Positions 50,831 to 63,354 of a DNA stretch of 64,000 bases are shown one piece after another. This DNA is from Lytechinus pictus (lineage: Eukaryota): assembly GCF_037042905.1 (NCBI RefSeq), contig NC_087263.1:14696001-14760000 (forward strand), written 5' to 3'. The position numbers and the translations under genes were made by a program. The number at the start of each line of letters is the position of its first letter. Positions within the stretch are counted from its first letter, which is position 1. The notes beneath the pieces are model-generated. The model saw only the letters and a program-made list of their open reading frames with translations, did no database searches and was not told where the DNA came from.

Positions 50831-51029
50831 GCATAACTACTTCTGAGCTGGACATTGACAGCCATCTACTGGCCGAGGATGTGGTCTATACTTTCACTGC
50901 CTTCGCCACCAATTTCTTGGGTGGAACTGGTGTCGGGACTCTTGATGTGGTCCGTACTCCCGAAATGGTCCCGGACATAACGATCGTACCAAGTGCCATT
51001 ACACCAAGGAGGGTCATGCTGTCAGAAAG
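50831..51029 (+). CDS. REJ/PKD1-like exon 12
   Basis: ATCCAG|GCATA...GAAAG|GTTATT. LDIDSHLLAEDVVYTFTAFATNFLG, a REJ-type Y.F....TNFLG motif, phase 1-2. Confidence 0.88.
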
Positions 51030-51992
51030 GTTATTAATAATATTTCACATTTTAGCTCTATCAAGATGATGATAACGACAATGATGATGGTGATGATTGG
51101 GGTGGGGGAATGATAATGGTTATAATGATGAGGGTGCTGATGACGACAGTGATTATTGATAATTAGGGTCTTTTCGCTTTTTCTACGCGGAAACTCTCTA
51201 CAACGCATCGATTGCTTTTAAAATGGTATTAAAATCACAACGAGGCTTTTGTCGAAAGTTGGGAGGCAGGGACAGCAGATCATCCGAAGATTTGCTGCGG
51301 AAGAACAATTGCAAATATGTCGTTGTCCAGAGTCAAGAGATTCCGATGCTGTCCCGGTCCATCAACTTTCGACAAAAGCCTCAGTCTCAGCTTTCCATTG
51401 TGATTTTACTTGCATTTTCCAAGGAATTGGTGCGTTGCAGAGTTTCCTCCTAGGAAATGCGAAAGGTCCAGAATAATGATGAAGAGGGACGTGGTGAAAG
51501 TGATGATGGTGGTGATGGTGGTGATGGTAGTGGCGGCAGCGATTGTAATGATGATGGTGATGATGCTAATAGCGATGAGGATGATAGTGATGATGATGAT
51601 GGTACTGATAAGGGTGTTATATCGATAATGATAGTGATGGTGACCATGATAATGATAATGATGGTGATCATAATAATGTTGATGATGACGATGATAACGC
51701 GGACAGTGGTAGGGCCTAATGATGATGTTGATGGTGACAATGGTAACGATCGTTTTAATGATATGGTTGATGATAATCCTGGTGGTGGTGGTGGTGATGG
51801 TGACAACGATAGCGATAATGGTGATGATGTCACTGACACTGATTATGGCCCAATGATGATAGTGATGACATTGAAGTTGATGATGATGATGATAATGGTA
51901 ATAATTTCCGAATTTTACGTGGTCATTATGTATACCGACACCGAAGTAATGCGCCTCTCAATTTACCCTTCCTTATCACATTATCACTATAG

Positions 51993-52150
51993 CTTCTATC
52001 TTCACGCCCAAGTCACATTTTACTCCGACTGCGAGGGAGCCGAACCGACAGAAACAGATTATACGTGGTCAACGGATCATAATGACGTCATATTAGATGA
52101 GACAACAAAAAACTCCCGGTCCCTCTACGTACCAGCTTTCTCTCTTCCAG
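51993..52150 (+). CDS. REJ/PKD1-like exon 13
   Basis: CTATAG|CTTC...CCAG|GTAAGA. DCEG...DYTWST...SLYVPAFSLP, REJ-type motif. Confidence 0.9.
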
Positions 52151-52923
52151 GTAAGAGAAAGATAGAGAGACAGAGTGAGACAGACAAAGACAGAAAGAGA
52201 GAGAGAGACATGGGGTATAGAGAGGGGGGGGGGGGGAGGGGGTAGAGAACGGAGGGATAAAGAAAGCATGGAGATTCTTACCAGTGCTTTCAGACTTACC
52301 AAGACTTACCGTTCTTACCAATCGGTCAAGATGAAATTCTAGACCCTTAATATGTTGTCATATTTATTTGAATTATAGATATTAGGAAATTATATTAGTT
52401 TATCATCTAGTCTACTGGATATCACTTTATACTACAAAATGGCTACCACGGCGTTATAGAAGGAGGTATCTATAAAACATGACATGTCTCATAGGTACCT
52501 TTAGAATCTTTGATCGTAGGAACCAAGAAGAACTTCAATATAACTTTTTGCCCGAGTATAGTATTTCGTTAATTTGATATGAAAAATTGTGGAAAAAATC
52601 CTCAATTATATATTTTTACTTTGAATCTGTGATTGAAAATCATATACATATACCTATATTATTTGACATAGGCATGGCTGCTGAGATTCCCTCACCATAT
52701 CCCCCCCCCCTATCCTTCCCTCACTCTAAGAGTTGTTGTTAAAAAAGTAGCATATCGTTTTAAAAGTTATTTAATTTGTGAATATAGTAAACTGCAGTTT
52801 CTTAGTTCGCATATTGAGCCTGTATATTTTAAATACAATCTTGTTTTATACAGTGCTTTTGGTTCGTGACTGCAAGTGTTAATACTCTGAACAATAAAAT
52901 GGTTTCCTTTAATTTCATCACAG

Positions 52924-53156
52924 CTGACACTTCCATCACCTTCACTGTGGCAATTCAAGGCGCAAATGGCACTGCCGGTCCGAATAGTGACGTCACAATT
53001 ACAACGCATTCGTCCGATCCCGTGGCGGTGATCGTCGGTGGTCGGGAGAGGAATATCGGTATCGGCAGTGGGCTGGTGGTGCTGGACGGCTCCGCATCAC
53101 GTGACCCAGATCGCAGTGGTAACGATCATTTAGAGTTCACATGGAGATGTGTTCAG
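52924..53156 (+). CDS. REJ/PKD1-like exon 14 (REJ signature)
   Basis: TCACAG|CTGAC...CAG|GTACAA. PVAVIVGG...VVLDGSASRDPD...LEFTWRC. Confidence 0.93.
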
Positions 53157-53686
53157 GTACAAACAAATCTCAACATTTCAAAAGAGGGACCGCGAAAAGA
53201 ATTTGAAAATGAATTCCCAGACGCTTACCTCGTTTAAGAAGTGTCTAAAAACTAATCTATTCAATTTTTTTGTACAGTTTCTATACGAGGATCATAATTG
53301 TGTGGTTTTAAGTTTTAAAACCCCAATATGTGTTTCCGAACGTTCTTTCTTTTTTTCAAATGCGTTTGTATCTTATGTAAAGGGCAATGGATCTATATAA
53401 ATAAAATATATTGTTATTATCATTACTATCAATATTACTATAACTACTACTACTACTTCTACTGCTAATGTTATTATCATTTATTGTTATTACTATTATT
53501 GTTATAATTATTATTACTACTACTACTACTACTTTCATTATCATAATTTCTATTATTCACCTTTTTATTACTATTATCATTATTACAATAAATTAGTATT
53601 GTCATTACTATTATTATTATTATTATTAGTAGTAGTAGTAGTATAAATGGCGTGCTCTCAACACATTATATTTTCTTACATCCCAG

Positions 53687-53893
53687 ATTCCAGAGAACAT
53701 CCTCTGTGTATCAAACGAGGACGGGTCGTTCTTTCCTGCTCCCGAGCAGGTAGAATCACCTTCTATCTCGTTCAATGCATCTCATATGGCCGCTGGGAAG
53801 ACATATGAGTTCACGCTCATGGTCTCCACCATGTACAAGGAGAGTCCTGGGACCAGTGTCTTTGTGTATGCTATGCCAGGCAACCCTCCTCAG
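53687..53893 (+). CDS. REJ/PKD1-like exon 15
   Basis: CCCAG|ATT...CAG|GTTAGT. MAAGKTYEFTLMVS...PGNPPQ. Confidence 0.9.
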
Positions 53894-53964
53894 GTTAGTA
53901 ATATATCATGAGTTGTATGGATGGGACTACACCTTTATCGTTACGAGCGCTGAATACTATATAA

Positions 53965-54190
53965 CCCTTGATTGATTGACTGATTTGTTGGTTGATTGGT
54001 TGATTAATTAGGTCGATTGATCTATTGATTGGTTGATTAGTTGATTGACTGATTGGTTGGTTGATTGATTGGTTGATTGATTGGTTGATTGATTGATTGG
54101 TTAATTGATTGATTGATTAGTCGATTGATTGATTGGTTGGTTGGTTGGTTGGTTGCTTGGTTGGTTAATTGATTGATTGATTAGTTGATC
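53965..54190 (+). repeat. (GATT/GGTT)n microsatellite
   Basis: Directly visible in intron 15. Confidence 0.95.
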
Positions 54191-54759
54191 ACAAAATTAA
54201 AAAAAATAGAATCGAAGTCAAATAAAATTGAAAAAGTGTAAGCATAATTGTATATACCATTTACAGTGCACACTTTAACTCTCATTATCGCTATGTATCA
54301 TAGGCCTTATAACCGCTGCATATGCCAATTCCGTTTAGATCATTTTATACGATAATCCTTATGGAACCTATATGTCATCGTTGTAATCATTAAATAGTAT
54401 ATATCAATAATAATTGCTATATACCATTATCGTTATAATCGTTATTATACCATATTCCTTATCACTTTATACAATTATCGTTATATACAATGATCATTAT
54501 CATACATACGTTATCTTTATAATATCATAAAAATTATACAAGCTACATACTATAATCGTAGTAATCAAATCCTTATTACACTAGTTGCTAAATAACATTG
54601 TCATTATCATCGGAGTATATTCTGTAAAACTTATATAATACTAATGATAATAATAACAATAATAATAATAATGATATAATAAATATAATAATAATAATGA
54701 TGAAAATAATTGATAATGATAAAATAATAATTATCATAATAACATACCCTTTGTTCTAG

Positions 54760-54880
54760 GTCCTGGTATCTAGACCTGGGGATGGTCCTGTCCTTGCAAC
54801 CAAACCTCTAGCCTTGACGGCCCACGTTATCCACACTGGACCTGTAGATATCACATGGAGCATCATCGGTGAAATTGTCG
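54760..54880 (+). CDS. REJ/PKD1-like exon 16
   Basis: TTCTAG|GTC...GTCG|GTACGC. VLVSRPGDGPVLATKPLALTAHV...ITWSI. Confidence 0.87.
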
Positions 54881-55904
54881 GTACGCAAACGATCGATCAA
54901 ATATATATTCAAGTTTGAATAATAATAATACTAATAATGGTATTTATAAATCGAAATCTCAAACAAGCAGTTATAACTTACATTATTTACGGAATACGAT
55001 ATAAACTATAAAATGATACATAAGATGATTACGATGACAGTAATTCTGAATTGTTACAATGTTTAAACAATAAGTGGCGTATTAAAAAATCAAATTACTT
55101 TACTTGAATATTAGATATCAAAATATGAAATTGTATATTTATGAATCACACACACTTATATCATGCTCACTGTGTATTATGTATTACTGATGAAGATTTA
55201 TGTTTATGATTTTCGCTTATAAACAACATGATATAGGAAAGTTTAATGCACTGCACATAGTCTTAGATATAAGTGTATTACACCGTGTACTATTTGGTAT
55301 GAAAGTGCTTTGCTCTGTATACTATAAGCGAGTACGCCAGGAACTATTAAATTTGGGATGATATTAGCGTTTTCAAGTCAAATTCTAAAGCCTCATTGGC
55401 TAAATATGGACCTGAATACGTTTTGGTAGATAAATACATATATTCAATTACATTTTAAATTATTCTTGCCTCCTGTCTTTGGAACAAACTCCCTCCATCT
55501 CTCCGAAACCTCTCTGCTCTTGACACCTTCAAAAACATCTTATAACACACCTAGATAATCATTAACCTTAACTTGTCTAATGCCATTAACAGCGCTTTGT
55601 ATCCTCTGGAAAAGGTGCTATATAAATCCAATATTTTTTTTTTATTTTTTTTTTAATTATAATCTTATTGTGGCGAATTTGGAGTACTGGGGGCCGTTGA
55701 AAAAAATAGCTGCGTTTAAACGCAAGTAAAAAAAAAAAACAAGCGCAAATCCCCAATCCTCTTTTGATTGGTTGAAATTCAAGTTGCGTTTGATTTTTAG
55801 AATTAGGTTTGATTGCACCTCTTTCTGCAATGGGCCCCAGGTTCCCGAATCGTTGTTAAAATCAATCTTTGGAGTGTTGTCTTGTATCTTTCGTCACTTC
55901 TTAG

Positions 55905-55988
55905 CAATGGATGACACGGACTTCACAGAGAATGCAAACAACAGAGTTCTTGATGGGTCAACCTGGTCTGTGGTCCACATCGAGTCAG
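55905..55988 (+). CDS. REJ/PKD1-like exon 17
   Basis: TCTTAG|CAATG...TCAG|GTATTG. AMDDTDFTENANNRVLDGSTWSVVHIES. Confidence 0.83.
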
Positions 55989-57307
55989 GTATTGAGCTTT
56001 CATTAATTCATTTATACATGTATATTCATTTAAAATTTCACACGAACACACACTCTAAAAAGTGAAGAGCTTATTTACCACTTACAGAGCTTTTATAGTG
56101 ACTGCACTTTGGAGTGCTGATTTCCTAGTTAAAATTTTAATTACTAAATCAGCACTCCGAGGTGCAGTCATTATACCAGCTCCTTATGTGCTGAATTAAA
56201 ACTCTTCATTTTTAGACTACACGGATACAGACACCTAAACGCCCAGAACAGCACATACAATCTTTTTTGTATGTATTTATATAATCATTTACATTATCAT
56301 ATAAACAGACTGGAAAAACACGCACACCCCCCACACACCCTCACATTCTTTAGGCTATTCGTTCATACATTCATTTAAAATCTAATCAAAACACCCAGAT
56401 ACACACCCACAAACACGACTTAGACAGCCTTTGGTCCATTTATTTATGTATTCATTTAAAATTTCTAACAAACACACACATAACACACACAAACATACCC
56501 CACACACAGTATTTTGTCTTTTCATAACACACATGTACAAACACCCTTACACTCCCCCCCCCCCCACACACACACACTGTCTATGGTCCAGTTAGTTTAT
56601 TCAAAATTCACGTTACAATTTGCATAAACACATGCACACCCCCCCCACACACACATCTTTCACCCACTCACTCTTTCACCGGGCAAAGCACATTTAGTGC
56701 AAGATGTAGCCATCTTCATTCTTCTTCCGGGTCGTCCTGTCAAGGGTCAGCTTTATACTTACTACTGACATAATGTAATACTAGTATCATCCTGCCATTT
56801 ATTACGTAAATCAGTACTTCAACAATGAAATTTGGGCTTAGGAAAATTCAAAATATTGGAAGAATGACCAACTTAGAATCGAACTCTTTTTTTTTACAGT
56901 TCGCATTGCTTATAATATAAATTAAACCCTCCTTGATCACAAGGAATAATACGCACTGAAATTCATTGAAACATTGGGTTCAGGAAAATTTAAAATATAA
57001 GAAGAATGACAAACTGAGAAACGAATTCTTTTTTTTAACAGTTCGCATTGCTTATAATATAAATCAAACCCTCCTTCATCACAAGGAATAATATGCACTG
57101 AAATTCATTGAAAACTACGTAACATGCCACTATCCAAGTAAATACGAAACCAAGATATGGAATTTATTTTCTATTCTGACATTTGTTATCCTGATTCATT
57201 TTTTTTTACAAAACAAAAATCAATAACCTGAATAACATGAATTTGCTTTCAATTGTAATATACTGTATTATTATACTTTTGTTATTACGATATCTGAACA
57301 TTTTAAG

Positions 57308-57465
57308 ATGTTCTGCGACCAGGAGAAAAGTATGTCATTGTAGTCACGGCAACTGATGAACTTGATCAGAGCGCTTCTAGCCAGATGGAACTGGTTGTAG
57401 CCAGTGGTGTCTCGTCTTGCCAACTCCATCTTGAAACGGGATATAATTACACAGAGCTTGAGGAG
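57308..57465 (+). CDS. REJ/PKD1-like exon 18
   Basis: TTTAAG|ATGTT...GAG|GTAATA. DVLRPGEKYVIVVTATD...SSCQL. Confidence 0.88.
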
Positions 57466-57852
57466 GTAATACTATTTTGGAAAAAGTCTTAATTGAAGAT
57501 GTTAATTAACTGTAATGATTGTTATATATTTATGATCTTTGTTTAATCTGGACGGCATTTTCAGCAATATACTGGTTTTAGGCGCGTATCCAGCATCAGA
57601 TCCTACTAAGCATTTCATGTGCTAAACTGTCTGGAGGCAATAGTGACTCTATTACGCGTGTCAATGCATGGGTCCATACATTTCTTTGTCATAGTTGATG
57701 CTGGATTCGCCGTTGGTTTTTATAAGAACATATTTCATTTTAGTTATAACATATAAGAATCCATTAAAGTATGGAATACGTAAAAGGCAAAATGAAAGAT
57801 TAAAACTGTGAATTGGATATCAACGGAAATTCTATACGTTCCTTTTTTCTAG

Positions 57853-58035
57853 ATCTCATTTACAGTTGACCATTGTGTGGCTGATGATGGTGCCTATCCT
57901 CTGTCCTATCAACTGCTAGCTGCTGATGAAGATGGCAATGAAAGGTCATTGACCCCTGCAGGAGTTCTGCCCGTCATAGACATAGTGGGGCCACCAGCGC
58001 ATGGGCAGCACACCAGCACAACGTTCGTCGCCAAT
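57853..58035 (+). CDS. REJ/PKD1-like exon 19
   Basis: TTCTAG|ATC...AAT|GTAAGA. ISFTVDHCVADDGAYPLSYQL, a REJ PL.Y motif. Confidence 0.88.
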
Positions 58036-58533
58036 GTAAGAATGATTGGTAATTGATCTAAGTTCTGAACCACATGTCCTAACATCAAACCTGATATCCC
58101 CCTTTTTTTTTGGGGGGGGGGGTAACTTCAAAGTTTGTGTAAAAAACAGTCTTTCATTAACTCTTTTCATTTGGGAATCAAATATATAGATCTATATGGA
58201 GAGCTTTCCTCTCGGTTGCGTCACGTCTTTGGATTTCTCTCCCATTGCAATTACGGAATTGTAAGAAACTGTCAACATTGAGACCTTCAAATCTGGACTA
58301 AAGACTTATAATTTTGGGGGCTAGAGCCTTTGATATTTTCAGAGATATATAGAGGGCACTATACACAATACGCTGCTCACATCAGCAGCAGCAAGCAATA
58401 TATTACAATTTAATGACACCATACTCTTTGAAAATTGCAATTCTTAATGGGATTTCAAGTTGTTAGAAGGTAATGAATTCTTCAAAATCTGATCATTTAA
58501 TGACTATTATCTTTCCATATTACCCGTTTACAG

Positions 58534-58651
58534 GTGTGTAACTCGCACGGTAGCTGTACCTGTTTTAGTCTGGATGTATCTGTCGAGATGAAAACAGATC
58601 TAGATTCAGAGTCTGTGAAGGATATCATAGTTTCCCAAGAAACCTTTAAAG
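58534..58651 (+). CDS. REJ/PKD1-like exon 20 (end of REJ module)
   Basis: TTACAG|GTG...AAAG|GTATTA. VCNSHGSCTCFSLDVSV. Confidence 0.87.
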
Positions 58652-58699
58652 GTATTACGGTCTTTATTTGGCCTATCTTTATGCTGAGGATTTTTTAAC

Positions 58700-58885
58700 C
58701 TGATTGCTACGAAAGCATGAAAGCTTGCAATCAAGCAACCAAAGGACCGACGGATTAAGGTCCTATCTGAGGAACCTGGTAACGAGGATTATTGCCTTAC
58801 CAAAGGCACTAGCGCATCTAGTGGGAATCAAACCCGGGTCACCAGAATCCGAAACCCCCGCTCTACCGACTGAGCTATCGCGCCT
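58700..58885 (-). mobile_element. tRNA-derived SINE in intron 20
   Basis: GGCGCGATAGCTCAGTCGGTAGAGCG A box and GGTTTGATTCCC B box, continuing into a SINE body (CCTTTGGTAAGGCAATAATCC). Confidence 0.75.
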
Positions 58886-59694
58886 TTAAGAACAGTATGA
58901 AGCGGGACAAGGTCTAGCGACGGGTCTATGACAATAAGTACCATTTGATCATGTCCTTCACGTTAGATATCTTCTTGTGGTATTAGAGAACCAACGTTGT
59001 TTCATTAGGATAATGTCATGAAAACCAAGAACAGGAATGCTGTCCCACATGCGCACAAGGGGGTGTTAATCAATTTGATATTGGGGATATTGTTCTCAGA
59101 CCCGCTATCAAGGAAGTCCCGCATAGTCCTTATTAAAAAACACAGCACTCTACAAGGGTCGTGTGTGACTCCATCCGTATAAATAATTGGAAAACTATAA
59201 AAACCTTAACATAGTAAAACACAAGAGAAATGTTTTATGATTTTTATATAATTAATACTTGAGTTGAAATTCTTAACTTACGCAACCCCTCTTTTTGTTA
59301 TTTGTATTCAAAAATTCGCAGCATCGTAATGACATGACTTTTATGAAGCTGATTAGGTATTTAATATAGCTCCAAAAGCTTCCAATTCACCAAACTCCAA
59401 ATTTCAGATTTAAAAACTTATACCTCATAAGGGAAAATTTACTTATTTTAAGCAGGGGGATTCACAGAACTATAAATAAATGTCAAAAGTGTCCGTCGTT
59501 TAATAAAAAAAATATGATTTGTAAAAAAATAATCCCACTCATGTTATATTAAGTCAATATATTTTCCCTGTTATCGATTTATATTTTCCCACCATGTCAT
59601 ATGCAATTAAACAATTAACAATTTAATTTCTACACCTTCACATCCTCACATTGGTGTAGCATTAAAATTATATAAACCCCTATTAATGTTTTAG

Positions 59695-59940
59695 GTAATT
59701 ACCTGAAGGCCTTCACCAATCTCAACGCATTGATTTACGTCGAAGACCGACTAGATTCGGACATGTCGCAAGGAAATCGGCGTCGTCGTCGAGCTACCGA
59801 TACCAGTCCTCGTGCTACTGATCAATTGATGCTACTTCATAATGCTATAACAACAACAGTTCTTGATAAGTCAATGGCTAGCACCCTGATTGATGCTTGT
59901 GAAGCCATCCCCGTCCATCAGTTATCGCCAGATGATACAG
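59695..59940 (+). CDS. REJ/PKD1-like exon 21 (helical region with RRRRR)
   Basis: TTTTAG|GTAAT...ACAG|GTATGT. GNYLKAFTNLNAL...GNRRRRRATD. Confidence 0.88.
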
Positions 59941-59955
59941 GTATGTGGGGGTGGT

Positions 59956-60565
59956 TTCTCGAAACTGACTGGGTCTGGGTGAAGGTATGTAGGGGTGTGC
60001 GTGAGCGTAGGCTATAATAATGATGTGCGTATGTGTGTGTGTTTTAGCCTAGTAGGTGCGTGAACGTGCATTGTGTATGAGGGTGGGTGTATATGTGTGT
60101 GCGTGTTAGCCTAGTGAATGCGTATATAGTGAGGGTGTCTTCGTGTGTGCGCGCGAGTGGGTGTGTGTGCATGTGTGCGTATCGTTAGCATCGGAATACT
60201 TGTTCACAATGCGTGATTGTTGGCTAGAATGTGTGCGTGTGTGTTTAACGGAAAGTAGGTTCTCGAAACTGACTGGGTCTGGGTGAAGGTATGTAGGGGT
60301 GTGCGTGAGCGTAGGCTATAATAATGATGTGCGTATGTGTGTGTGTTTTAGCCTAGTAGGTGCGTGAACGTGCATTGTGTATGAGGGTGGGTGTATATGT
60401 GTGTGCGTGTTAGCCTAGTGAATGCGTATATATAGTGAGGGTGTCTTCGTGTGTGCGCGCGAGTGGGTGTGTGTGCATGTGTGCATATCGTTAGAATCGG
60501 AATACTTGTTCACAATGCGTGATTGTTGGCTAGAATGTGCGCGTGTGTGTTTAACGGAAAGTAGG
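59956..60565 (+). repeat. Tandem duplication, 2 x ~305 bp
   Basis: 59956-60259 and 60260-60565 are near-identical. Confidence 0.95.
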
Positions 60566-60911
60566 TTAAATATTTGTGTGGGTATTTTACGGGAAAATCA
60601 TGTGATAATTATATGAAATTATTATGAAGGTATCACAGGCCTAATTCATTTCCCATTTACATCAGATCTTGATTAATTTTTCAGCATTATGCTAGTTTGA
60701 TTTTTCTCTATTTATCCAAATCCACATTTTTCTGGGGTGGACTTGACCTTTAAAGATAATAATTTCACCTAATATGTGTTTCGTATTAGTCAAATTTTTC
60801 AATCTTTTTACGCCCGTGAAATGTATTACTCGGGTGACATTTTTAGTACGCCCTGTATGCTACTAATAATTTTTATTAACTTTTGCTGTCTTATTTCGTG
60901 TTTTATTCTAG

Positions 60912-61056
60912 AAAATTTCTTGTGGAAGCTACAAGCTTTGGTTTCGGTATTTGGTTGCGATGATGAGATCCCTCCATACAGCGCATCAGTCGTGTTGTCA
61001 ATTGTCAAGCAGATTATGTCTATGACGGATAAAGAAGAAACAATCAAGAAGTGCAG
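60912..61056 (+). CDS. REJ/PKD1-like exon 22
   Basis: TTCTAG|AAAAT...GCAG|GTATAA. ENFLWKLQALV...TIKKC, phase 1-2. Confidence 0.87.
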
Positions 61057-61892
61057 GTATAACATGCTTGTTTCAATCACCAGCTAGGTGATCTCGTCGA
61101 GTCGTGCAGTCGCGTAACCAGACCTTTCACACAGATTGACGTTATTTGTGAAACCTTGGGGTCCACCATTTCGAAAGAAAATCTCTTTGATTTTATAAAA
61201 ATGTCGCTCAAACATCCTACACTTAAAAATAAAATATTTGACAAAATGCACCAAGGGTTGCGTCCTGAACGCTTAGAGCCGTATATTCACGGTTTAAGGG
61301 AATATTGCGTGAAATTTTTAGTGAATATTATGCAAATATCTTTCACCTGAATACCCAATGGTTCAAGCCAAGTCCAGATGAAGAAGAGAGGTTTCGTGGA
61401 TATGTAACATCACCAATATCCACTTCCAAATAATTCCCGAGCAATAAGACCCTCTCTTTATGGCAACCATTACTATTACAGATATGTATGTACGGTATGG
61501 TGTCCCAACAGTCTCAATATAGTCTAAATGCAGTCGAAATAGTTTTTTTGTGATATACATGGAGGCCCATATTCCAAATTGTAATATGCAACCATATGAA
61601 CATTGTATGGTCCTTTGAACTTCGCTTTGCTTTAAGATTTGTCCCTTTTTTTCATTCCATGAAGAGATTATCAAGACAAGCACAATTGTCTTAAGCGCAA
61701 CAATACCTGAAAATGAAGTAGTAAAGGCTAAAAAAAGTGAGAATAAAACTGTCAGTCATAGCGACCTGCAAAGATTTGCTTTCCCTAAATAACAGTGAAG
61801 GGACTGCAAAATAAATAACAGGAAAGGCACTGCAAAATAAATAACAGGAAAGGCACTGCAAAATTTACATATCATTTGCTTCTAATTTATAG

Positions 61893-62075
61893 GAAATTAA
61901 CGATGAGTTTGACCAAAGCGAACTTTGGAGGACTTACCTTTGGAGGTGCCCCTGCAGAAACATCTTCATCCGCAGTTATGTCTACCGTCTACTATGATAT
62001 CCCACAGGGACAATTCTCGACAAAGACGGGAGAGGGCGCTTTCTACGTTGATTTTGGAAGCGACATAGCTGACAT
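61893..62075 (+). CDS. REJ/PKD1-like exon 23 (GAIN region)
   Basis: TTATAG|GAAA...ACAT|GTAAGA. LTFGGAPAETSSSAV, phase 2-2. Confidence 0.88.
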
Positions 62076-62628
62076 GTAAGAGGTTGATTTTTTTAGGTAT
62101 TTCTTTATTGAACATAAAGTTCAAAACGTTTCACAAATCAGTTTTGTAAACGAATAAAGTTCCATCTAGTGAACAGAATTGTAATCATTTTCCCTTATCT
62201 TTAGAAGTTCTGACGAAGCTTGCAACCGAACATTTACAAAACAGCAGGTAAATTGTCATGCTTGTTGATAAACGAGGGTTTGGGTTTTCTCATTTGAAAA
62301 AAAGTAATTGCTGCGTTTCATTCTATCATTTCTTTCTTTCTGATATCAGGCAGTTACTAAAGGAACTGTACTTCTCAAAAGTTCTCAGCCAATCAAAATC
62401 AAATAAAATTGTCGGATTAGGCAATTAATTGGTCGGCGAACAAATATTGATGAAATGCTTCCCTAATGTAACCATCGATAGAGTATATAAGACAAGAAGT
62501 AAGAAGGTAGAGCAACCATTGACAAAATGGTAAATGTTCAATGTATCACGACCCATTTAGGTACATCCCATTGTTGTAAGAAATATTTACGTTTTTATTG
62601 ACACTGTTTGGTCTTTTTATCATTATAG

Positions 62629-62789
62629 GTACGGAGGCTACTGGAACTGTTGGAGAGGATTATGCACTGGGGTTAATATTCAATTTGATCACTATTCTCA
62701 AAACATCGATCCTTATTCCTCAGAAGATGATGACAGTGATAACAGGGCCTCCGCCATCTTGAAAATTGCCCTCTATGACCCATCGAGTT
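62629..62789 (+). CDS. REJ/PKD1-like exon 24 (GAIN region)
   Basis: TTATAG|GTAC...AGTT|GTAAGT. WNCWRGLCTGV...DPYS...SAILKIALYD, phase 2-1. Confidence 0.88.
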
Positions 62790-63354
62790 GTAAGTCACAA
62801 CTCTTCGAAGACAAAGACTAAACACCTCTATGAAGTCAATTATCTAAACATTTATTTTCTTCCATTCTATATCATTCATTTTCAACATCAATTCGTACAA
62901 ATTTAGTTGTCATAAAGCATATAAATATGGAGAAATATTTTTTATTGCAGAAGGTCCTTATAATCAAAATCGTGTGTTGGGATACGCCTATAGACAAATA
63001 TGCAAAAGAAAATGCGAAGTAAAACGGAATGAAGATCTTTAACGTCATTAAAAGAAAATTTGGAGTTGTTCGTTTCAGATATTTTGAAAAAGAAAGAACT
63101 TTTGGTGAACTTTTTGACCGATTCTGTTCCCAAGCGTAAGATCGTTACTCCTTGCGTAAATTAAAAAAAATAAAAGGATATAGATGAACAGGGGACATTG
63201 TCTATTTTGGTTCTAAATGTATTATATGTGTCGCTCTAGCGTTCTGGTCATTCAAGTGATTTTACTCCGATAAATGCATGTCGAAAAGCTTCAATATGCC
63301 CGTTTTTAAGGCAATTTTACGATAAAGATGTTCACCTCATATGTACCCCTGTAG

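Noticed and set aside
51457..51992. N-terminal part of the 262-aa ORF (Asp/Gly and Met-rich)
   Set aside because: Intronic GAT/GGT repeat. Only 51993-52150 is a phase-compatible exon.
52854..52923. Alternative acceptor for exon 14 at 52853
   Set aside because: Out of frame with the phase-1 end of exon 13. The acceptor at 52923 keeps the frame.
58810..58885. tRNA-like sequences (also 27950-28025, 38313-38385, 45018-45090, 63715-63790)
   Set aside because: Imperfect cloverleafs that run on into SINE bodies, so they are SINE heads rather than tRNA genes.
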